From: an uncultured bacterium
GTDB lineage: Bacteria; Verrucomicrobiota; Verrucomicrobiia; Verrucomicrobiales; Verrucomicrobiaceae
Direction: 5' to 3'
DNA length: 64,000 bases
Assembly (NCBI GenBank): GCA_966252325.1
Contig: CBINON010000023.1
Location: forward strand, 878 to 64,877
Shown here: positions 57,805-64,000 of the stretch, in pieces
How the letters are laid out: the number at the start of each line of letters is the position of its first letter
Position numbering within the stretch: position 1 is the first letter of the stretch
Notes under the pieces: generated by a model
Database searches by the model: none
Seen by the model: the letters and a program-made list of their open reading frames with translations, nothing else
Told to the model about the DNA's origin: nothing
Program-made: the position numbers and the translations under genes

Positions 57805-58848
57805 ATGATCGAATCCGCCGACTCCCTGGCCGAGAACACCGGCCGCTGCTTCATCATCGCTGAGGCGGGGGTGAACCACAATGGCGACCTCGCCCTCGCC
57901 CGTCAGTTGGTGATTGCCGCCGCGGCGGCCGGCGCCGATGCCGTGAAATTCCAGACCTTCCAAGCCGGCCACCTGGTCACGGCCGACGCCCCGCAGGCCG
58001 ATTACCAGGCACGCAACACGGGTCGCACCGAGAGCCAGTTCGACATGCTCAAGCGCCTGGAACTGCCGCTCGAGGCCTTCGCCGAACTCGCCGGGCTGTG
58101 CGCGGAAATGGGCATCGAATTCCTCTCGACCGCCTTCGACGAGGAGAGCGCCGACTTCCTCGCCGGCCTGGGCATGCGCTGCTTCAAGATTCCCTCCGGT
58201 GAGCTGACCAACCTGCCCTTCCTGCGCCACATCGGCGCCTTCGGTCGCCCGGTCATCGTCTCCACCGGCATGGGCACGATCGAGGAGGCGGAAACCGCGG
58301 TCGCCACCCTGCGCGAGGCCGGCAGCGGCCCGGTCACGGTGCTCCACTGCGTGACCCGCTATCCCACCCCGCCCGAGGAGGCAAACCTGCGCGCCATGCA
58401 CGTGCTGCGCCACGCGCTCGGCGTGCCGATCGGTTACTCCGACCACACCGAGGGCATCGAGGCGCCGGTGATCGCCGTCGCCGCCGGCGCCTGCGTCATC
58501 GAAAAGCATTTCACCCTCGACCGCGACCTGCCCGGCCCCGATCACAATGCCTCGCTCGAACCCGGCGAACTCGCCGAGATGGTGCACGCCATCCGCCGCG
58601 CCGAAGTCCTGCTCGGCCAGGCGCGCAAACAACCCGGTGCCGATGAACTCGCGGTCGCCCAGATCGTCCGCCGCAGCGTCGTCGCCCGCCGCGCCATCCC
58701 GGCCGGCAGCATCCTCGAACCCTCCATGCTGGTGCTGCGCCGCCCGGGCACCGGCATCCCGCCGGCGCGCCTGCACGAACTGCCGGGCAAGCGCGCCCTC
58801 GCGGACATCGCCGAGGGCGCCCTCATCCGCTGGGAGGATCTCGCATGA
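57805..58848 (+). CDS. neuB: NeuB-family nonulosonic acid synthase (LegI-like)
   Basis: FIIAEAGVNHNGDLALARQLV, DAVKFQTF, KIPSGELTN and YSDHTEG blocks, plus a C-terminal SAF domain (RRSVVARRAIPAGSIL). Start placed at the internal ATG 57805. Confidence 0.9.
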   Translation: MIESADSLAENTGRCFIIAEAGVNHNGDLALARQLVIAAAAAGADAVKFQTFQAGHLVTADAPQADYQARNTGRTESQFDMLKRLELPLEAFAELAGLCAEMGIEFLSTAFDEESADFLAGLGMRCFKIPSGELTNLPFLRHIGAFGRPVIVSTGMGTIEEAETAVATLREAGSGPVTVLHCVTRYPTPPEEANLRAMHVLRHALGVPIGYSDHTEGIEAPVIAVAAGACVIEKHFTLDRDLPGPDHNASLEPGELAEMVHAIRRAEVLLGQARKQPGADELAVAQIVRRSVVARRAIPAGSILEPSMLVLRRPGTGIPPARLHELPGKRALADIAEGALIRWEDLA

Positions 58849-59996
58849 GACGCATCGCCGTCGTCAGCACCGGCCGCTCGGACTACAGCATCTACCGGCC
58901 CCTGCTGCAGGCGATTCAGGCGCACCCGGACCTGCAACTGCAGGTGCTGGCCACCGGCATGCACCTCGACGAGCGCTTCGGCCGCACGGTCGATCTCGTG
59001 GAAAAGGACGGCTTTCCGGTCGCCGCGCGCATCCCGGTGCTGCAGGCCGACGACACCGCGCAGGGCATCGCCGCCGCCATGGCGGCCGGCGTCGCGGGTT
59101 TCGGTGCCCACTATGCAGCCGCAGCCCCCGACCTGCTGGTCGTGCTCGGCGACCGCTTTGAAATGTTCGCCGCCGCCCTGGCGGCCGTGCCCTTCAATCT
59201 GCCGATCCTGCACCTGCACGGGGGTGAACTCAGCGAGGGCGCGATGGACGACCGCTTTCGTCATGCGCTGACCAAGCTCAGCCACCTGCACGGGGTCGCC
59301 ACGGAAGTCTACCGGCGCCGCGTCATCCAGCTCGGCGAAGAACCCTGGCGCGTGCTCTACTGCGGCGCCCTCGCCCTCGACAACCTGCGCAGCCTGCGAC
59401 GGCTGACGCGCGCGGAACTCGAACAGCGCTTCGATCTCGACCTGAGCGAATCGCCCCTGCTGGTCACCCTGCACCCGACCACCAACGCCCCGGAACTCGC
59501 CGGCCCGCAAACCGAGGCCCTGCTCGAGGCGCTGCAGCAACTCGGCCTGCCCGTGGTCTTCACCATGCCCAATGCCGACACCGCCGGCAGTGTCATCCGC
59601 GCCCGCCTGCTGGAGTTCTGCCAAAACCACCGCCGCGCACGCTGGGTGGAGAACTTCGGCCCGGAAGCCTACTACTCGATGCTCGCCGAAGCGCGCGCCA
59701 TGGTGGGCAATTCTTCCAGCGGCCTGCTCGAGGCACCTTCCTTCGCCCTGCCGGTCGTCAACCTCGGCGACCGCCAGAAGGGCCGCCTGCGCGCCGCCAA
59801 CGTCATCGACGCGCCCTTCGAGCCCACGGCCATCGTCGCCGCCGTGCAGACCGCGCTGACGCCAGAGTTCAAAGCCCAGGCCGCGGGCCAGGAAAGTTTC
59901 TTTGGCGATGGCCATGCCGCCGAGCGACTCGTTGAACTGCTCGCCACCGTGCCGCTCGACGCACGCCTGCGCGACAAAACCTTCCACGATCTATGA
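58845..59996 (+). CDS. neuC: UDP/GDP-N-acetylglucosamine-type 2-epimerase (hydrolysing), NeuC/LegG-like
   Basis: MRRIAVVSTGRSDYSIYRPLL, LVVLGDRFEMF, HLHGGE and VGNSSSGLLEAP blocks of hydrolysing 2-epimerases. Confidence 0.9.
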   Translation: MRRIAVVSTGRSDYSIYRPLLQAIQAHPDLQLQVLATGMHLDERFGRTVDLVEKDGFPVAARIPVLQADDTAQGIAAAMAAGVAGFGAHYAAAAPDLLVVLGDRFEMFAAALAAVPFNLPILHLHGGELSEGAMDDRFRHALTKLSHLHGVATEVYRRRVIQLGEEPWRVLYCGALALDNLRSLRRLTRAELEQRFDLDLSESPLLVTLHPTTNAPELAGPQTEALLEALQQLGLPVVFTMPNADTAGSVIRARLLEFCQNHRRARWVENFGPEAYYSMLAEARAMVGNSSSGLLEAPSFALPVVNLGDRQKGRLRAANVIDAPFEPTAIVAAVQTALTPEFKAQAAGQESFFGDGHAAERLVELLATVPLDARLRDKTFHDL

Positions 59997-60610
59997 AATG
60001 CGTTCTCCTCGGTGCCGGCGGTCACGGACGCGTCCTGCTGGAGGCACGCCTGCCGCAGACCTTTGACGCCATTCTCGATGCCCGACCCGGCCTGCGCGAG
60101 GTCGCCGGCGTGCCCGTGCTCGGGGGCGACGACCTGCTGCCAGCTTTGGCCGCGCAGGGCTTCAGCCATTTCGTCGTCGGTGTCGGCTCGACCGCTGACA
60201 CCACGGCGCGCGCAAACCTGTTCCGCGCCGCGGTCGCCGCCGGTCTGGCCCCGCTCGCTGTGCTGCATCCCAGCGCCTGGATCTCGCCCTCCGCCCGTCT
60301 CGGCGAGGGTTGCCAGGTGCTGGCGCGGGCCGTCGTCAACACCGGCGCTGTGCTGAGCGACCATGTGCTGGTCAACACCGCCGCCGTGGTGGAGCATGAC
60401 TGCGAGATCGGCGACCACGTCCACCTGGCCAGCGGCGCCCTGCTCTGCGGCGGCGTGCGCGTCGGTGCCGGCGCGCACATTGGCGCCGGGGCCGTCATCC
60501 GCCAGGGCCTCCGCCTTGGCGACGGTGCCCTGGTCGGCGCGGGTGCCGTCGTGGTGCGCGACGTGCCCGCCGGTGCCCGCGTGGCCGGGGTGCCGGCCCG
60601 CCCGCTCTGA
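59993..60610 (+). CDS. NeuD/PglB/VioB family sugar N-acetyltransferase (LegH-like)
   Basis: Rossmann-like N-terminus MKCVLLGAGGHGRV, followed by hexapeptide repeats (VEHDCEIGDHVHLASGALLCGGVRVGAGAHIGAGAVI). Confidence 0.85.
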   Translation: MKCVLLGAGGHGRVLLEARLPQTFDAILDARPGLREVAGVPVLGGDDLLPALAAQGFSHFVVGVGSTADTTARANLFRAAVAAGLAPLAVLHPSAWISPSARLGEGCQVLARAVVNTGAVLSDHVLVNTAAVVEHDCEIGDHVHLASGALLCGGVRVGAGAHIGAGAVIRQGLRLGDGALVGAGAVVVRDVPAGARVAGVPARPL

Positions 60611-60695
60611 GCCCGGCCCACCCCGCAATTTCAGCAATTCGAATTTGTCATTGCCCCCTCCCCGTGGCACCGCCTTTCCTGCCCTGCGACCCGTC

Positions 60696-61742
60696 ATGAC
60701 GTCGAAACCCGTGAGCCAACTCTGCCTGCCGCCCGACGGCACGCTGTGGGACGCCCTGCGCGTGATCGACCAGGGCGCCTGCGGCATCTGCCTGCTGGTC
60801 GATCCGCAGCAGCACCTGCTCGGCACGGTGACCGATGGCGACATCCGCCGCGCCCTGCTCAAGGGCGCCACCCTGCAGGACCGCGTCCAGCCGCACGCGC
60901 ACACCGCCTTCACCAGCGTCCACGTGCGCACCCCGCGCGCCGAAGTGCTCGACCTCATGCAGGCCCGGCAAATCCATCAGGTGCCGATCGTCGACGACGA
61001 GGGCCGCCTGAAGGGCCTGCACCTGCTGCACGAGATCATCGGCTCGGCCCCGCGCCCCAACTGGGCGGTGATCATGGCCGGCGGCAAGGGCACCCGCCTT
61101 GGCGAACTCACCCGCAGCACGCCCAAACCGATGCTCAAGGTCGCCGGCCGCCCGATCCTCGAGCGCCTGGTCCTGCACCTGGTCGGCTCCGGCATCCGCC
61201 GCATCTTCATCTCGACGAACTACCTCGCCGGCCAGATCGAGGAACACTTCGGCGATGGCACCCGCTTCGGCTGCCGGATCGAGTACCTGCGCGAGCAGCC
61301 CGAGGAACCACTCGGCACCGGCGGCTCGCTCGCCCTGCTGCCGGAAGCGCCGACCGATCCGGTCTTTGTCTGCAACGGCGACCTCGTCACCCAGGTCGAC
61401 ATCGCCGGCCTGCTCGAGTTCCACCGCGAGGGCGGGCAGCTCGCCACCATCGGCGTGCGCGGCTACACCCACGAGATCCCCTTCGGCTGCCTCGAAGTCA
61501 GCGACGGCCGGGTGCTCAGCCTCGTCGAAAAACCGGCGCTCTCCCAGCTCATCAACGCCGGCATCTACGTGCTCGAACCGGCCCTGGTCGCGCGCGTGCC
61601 GCGCCGGCACTTCCCCATCACCGAACTCTTCGAACAGGCCCTCAGTCAGGGCGATCCGGTCGGCGCCTTCGAGATTGCCGACGAATGGATCGACGTCGGC
61701 CAGCGCGAACAACTCAAACAGGCGCGCGGCGGCGCGCAATGA
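60696..61742 (+). CDS. CBS-domain nucleotidyltransferase (PtmE-like sugar-1-phosphate nucleotidylyltransferase)
   Basis: From MTSKPVSQL. A tandem CBS pair (GTVTDGDIRRALL, HQVPIVDDEGRLKGL) is followed by IMAGGKGTRLGELT...PKPML (NTP_transferase G-loop). The track ORF start 60363 overlaps the acetyltransferase in another frame. Confidence 0.85.
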   Translation: MTSKPVSQLCLPPDGTLWDALRVIDQGACGICLLVDPQQHLLGTVTDGDIRRALLKGATLQDRVQPHAHTAFTSVHVRTPRAEVLDLMQARQIHQVPIVDDEGRLKGLHLLHEIIGSAPRPNWAVIMAGGKGTRLGELTRSTPKPMLKVAGRPILERLVLHLVGSGIRRIFISTNYLAGQIEEHFGDGTRFGCRIEYLREQPEEPLGTGGSLALLPEAPTDPVFVCNGDLVTQVDIAGLLEFHREGGQLATIGVRGYTHEIPFGCLEVSDGRVLSLVEKPALSQLINAGIYVLEPALVARVPRRHFPITELFEQALSQGDPVGAFEIADEWIDVGQREQLKQARGGAQ

Positions 61743-62737
61743 CACCACCCATGGGAACTTTCACTGGCAAAAACGTCTTCGTCACCGGTGCCGGTGGCTT
61801 CATCGGCAGCCACCTCGCCGAACACCTCGTCCGCGAGGGCGCCAAGGTGCGCGCCATGGTCCACTACAACGCCCTCGGCAAGCGCGGCTGGCTCGATCAC
61901 TCCGAGCTGGCCGGCGAGATGGAAATCCTTGCCGGCGACATCACCGACCGCGACAGCGTGCGCGCCGGCGTGCGCGGCTGCGACACGGTCTTCCACCTCG
62001 CCGCGCTGATCGCCATCCCCTACTCCTACCAGGCGCCGCGCAGCTACGTGCGCACCAACGTCGAGGGCACCCTCAACGTCCTGCAGGCCGCCCTCGAGGA
62101 GGGCGCGCGCCGGGTCCTGCACACCTCCACCAGCGAGGTCTACGGAACCGCCCGCTTTGTGCCCATCACCGAGGAACACCCGCTGCAGGGTCAGTCGCCC
62201 TACTCCGCCTCGAAGATCGGTGCCGACAAGATGGCCGAGGCCTTCGCCGCCTCCTACGAGCTGGAGGTCGTCACCGTCCGCCCCTTCAACACCTTCGGCC
62301 CGCGCCAGAGCCTGCGCGCGGTCATCCCGACCATCATCAGCCAGTGCCTGCGCGGCGACGAGGTGAAGCTCGGCGCCGTCCACCCGACGCGCGACCTCAA
62401 CTACGTGCAGAACACCGTCGAGGGTTTCTGCGCCGCGGCGCTCAGCCCCGCTGCCGCCGGCGAGGTCATCAACTTCGGCTCCGGCCGCGAAATCAGCGTC
62501 GGCGATCTCGCCGTGCTCATCGGCCGCCTGCTCGGCAAGGAGATCCGCATCCTCTGCGAACAGGAGCGCCTGCGCCCGGAAAAGAGCGAGGTCGAGCGCC
62601 TGCTCGCCTGCAACGCCAGGGCCAAGGCCCTGCTCAACTGGGAACCGCGCGTCAGCCTCGAACAGGGGCTGGAAAAAACCCTCGCCTGGCTGCAGCAGAA
62701 CGTCGAGCACTACCAGGCCAAGGGGTATGTGGTCTAA
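61739..62737 (+). CDS. legB: NAD-dependent sugar-nucleotide 4,6-dehydratase (LegB-like extended SDR)
   Basis: VFVTGAGGFIGSHL, STSEVYG and catalytic YSASK. ATGA overlap with the preceding stop (alternative start 61751). Confidence 0.85.
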   Translation: MTPPMGTFTGKNVFVTGAGGFIGSHLAEHLVREGAKVRAMVHYNALGKRGWLDHSELAGEMEILAGDITDRDSVRAGVRGCDTVFHLAALIAIPYSYQAPRSYVRTNVEGTLNVLQAALEEGARRVLHTSTSEVYGTARFVPITEEHPLQGQSPYSASKIGADKMAEAFAASYELEVVTVRPFNTFGPRQSLRAVIPTIISQCLRGDEVKLGAVHPTRDLNYVQNTVEGFCAAALSPAAAGEVINFGSGREISVGDLAVLIGRLLGKEIRILCEQERLRPEKSEVERLLACNARAKALLNWEPRVSLEQGLEKTLAWLQQNVEHYQAKGYVV

Positions 62738-62748
62738 CCGCGGACCCT

Positions 62749-62778
62749 GTTTCAAGTTTAAGGTTTAAAGTTTCAAGT
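62749..62778. repeat. 7-bp tandem repeat GTTTCAA GTTTAAG GTTTAAA GTTTCAA in the legB-legC spacer
   Basis: Read directly. Four heptamers in perfect register form the most AT-rich stretch of the locus, 31 nt upstream of the legC ATG. Confidence 0.85.
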
Positions 62779-62808
62779 CCGGCGCGGCAGCGTCACTCGT
62801 CCTTTCCC

Positions 62809-63987
62809 ATGTCCGAGCCTTCCTTCATCCCCCTCAGCGTGCCCCATCTGGGCGGCAACGAGTGGACCTACCTGAAGGACTGCCTGGACACCGGCTGGGT
62901 GTCGTCGGTGGGCTCGTATGTGAACCGCTTTGAGGCGATGCTCGCCGAGGCCGCCGGTACGCCGCATGGGGTCGCCGCCAACTCCGGCACCGCCGCCCTG
63001 CACATCGCCCTGCTGGTCGCCGGCGTGCAACCCGGCGATGCGGTGCTGGTCTCGTCGATGACCTTCATCGCCCCGGTCAACGCCATTCGCTACTGCGGCG
63101 CCGTGCCGGTGCTGGTCGACTCGGAACCGACCCACTGGCAGATGGATGTCGATCAGGTCCGCCGCTTCCTCGAAACCGACTGCGAGCAGCGCGACGGCGC
63201 CAGCTTCCACCGCGCCAGCGGTCGCCGCGTCGCCGCGGTCATCCCGGTGCACATCCTCGGTCATCCGGTCGACCTGACCGCCCTGCTGCCGCTCGCCGAA
63301 GCCCACGGCCTGACGGTCATTGAGGACGCCACCGAAAGCCTCGGCAGCCTGCTCCATGGCAGGCCCGCCGGCGGCATCGGCCACCTCGGCTGCTACAGTT
63401 TCAACGGCAACAAGATCCTCACCACCGGCGGCGGCGGCATGCTGGTCACGGCTCGCGAGGACTGGGCGCGCCGCGCCCGCCACCTGACCACCCAGGCCAA
63501 GGCCGATGCCGAGGAGTACATCCACGACGAGATCGGCTACAACTACCGCCTCACCAACCTGCAGGCCGCCTTCGGCTGCGCCCAGATGGAGGTGCTCGGC
63601 GACCGCGTGGCGCGTCGCCGCGCCATTCACGCCCTGTACCGCGCCGGCCTCTCTGACCTGCCCGGCCTGAGCTTCCAGGAGGAGGCCCCCGGTGTCTTCA
63701 GCAACTGCTGGCTGACCACCGTCCGCCTCGACCCCACGACCTTCGGCCTCGACGCCCGCACCCTGCGCACACGCCTGCGCGCGGCACGCATCGAAGCCCG
63801 CCCGCTCTGGCAACCCGCTCACCTCTCGCCCGCCCACCGCGACGCCCACCGCGACGCCCTCCGCCTGCCCTGCCCGCTGGCCGAAGACCTGTACGCGAAC
63901 TGCCTGTCCCTGCCCTCCTCCTCGTCGTCGAGCGACGACGACATCGCCCGCGTCATCGCCGAAGTGCGCGCCGCCGCCGGGCGTTGA
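62809..63987 (+). CDS. legC: DegT/DnrJ/EryC1/StrS family aminotransferase (LegC-like)
   Basis: IPLSVPHLGGNEWTYLKDCLDTGWVSS, ANSGTAALHIAL and SFNGNKILTTGGGGML (PLP-Lys block). Confidence 0.9.
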   Translation: MSEPSFIPLSVPHLGGNEWTYLKDCLDTGWVSSVGSYVNRFEAMLAEAAGTPHGVAANSGTAALHIALLVAGVQPGDAVLVSSMTFIAPVNAIRYCGAVPVLVDSEPTHWQMDVDQVRRFLETDCEQRDGASFHRASGRRVAAVIPVHILGHPVDLTALLPLAEAHGLTVIEDATESLGSLLHGRPAGGIGHLGCYSFNGNKILTTGGGGMLVTAREDWARRARHLTTQAKADAEEYIHDEIGYNYRLTNLQAAFGCAQMEVLGDRVARRRAIHALYRAGLSDLPGLSFQEEAPGVFSNCWLTTVRLDPTTFGLDARTLRTRLRAARIEARPLWQPAHLSPAHRDAHRDALRLPCPLAEDLYANCLSLPSSSSSSDDDIARVIAEVRAAAGR

Positions 63988-64000
63988 CCGCGCGTCGTCG

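Noticed and set aside
49013-63987. Considered calling the NulO locus a genomic island or mobile element
   Set aside because: Base composition and codon bias look the same as the flanking lepA and housekeeping genes. There is no flanking tRNA, integrase, transposase or direct repeat. The left border is 13-19 bp from the lepA stop, depending on the start codon chosen.

Overview
Very GC-rich bacterial chromosomal segment (third codon positions are almost all G/C). I count about 52 protein-coding genes. By eye there is no rRNA, tRNA, CRISPR array, integrase, transposase or IS element.

Taxonomy is inference only. A Tat-signal DUF1501 protein, a giant multi-domain secreted protein, a TPR-linked Ser/Thr-kinase-like protein and the near absence of Shine-Dalgarno sequences suggest a PVC-superphylum organism, possibly Verrucomicrobiota/Opitutales-like.

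Layout:
- 1-3.7 kb: minus-strand operon tsaB-tsaE-thiL-CPBP protease-sppA, joined by ATGA overlaps.
- 3.9-12 kb: housekeeping genes (SixA-like phosphatase, Lys/Ala-rich basic protein, rpsP, KH protein, cysS, DUF1501, IscA/ErpA-type protein, mutL).
- 12-18.6 kb: phosphate block (NptA-PhoU fusion, pstB, long-form pstA and pstC).
- 18.7-33.4 kb: mixed housekeeping (sodA, thioesterase, UPF0261, nagZ, dnaB, M50 and M20 peptidases, nnr, amidase, PhoD, oxidoreductase, MFS, CE7 esterase).
- 33.6-42.5 kb: accessory-looking trio. It holds a membrane TPR protein whose kinase domain lacks the catalytic Asp, a secreted SMP-30 plus BNR double-propeller fusion, and a 1415-aa secreted protein with three tandem copies of an unassigned ~205-aa domain.
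- 42.6-49 kb: sugar ABC binding protein and permease (no ATPase), an AMP-binding enzyme, lepA.
- 49-64 kb: a 15-gene cluster encoding a complete legionaminic-acid-type nonulosonic acid pathway. It also carries two collinear ~590-aa paralogues of unknown family, a sulfotransferase-like P-loop protein, an LbH acyltransferase and a GT9 enzyme.

The best candidates for undescribed biology are the paralogue pair inside the nonulosonic acid locus and the 33.6-42.5 kb trio.

All calls come from reading the translations for motifs. No database search was possible, so family assignments are motif-level and start codons are best guesses.
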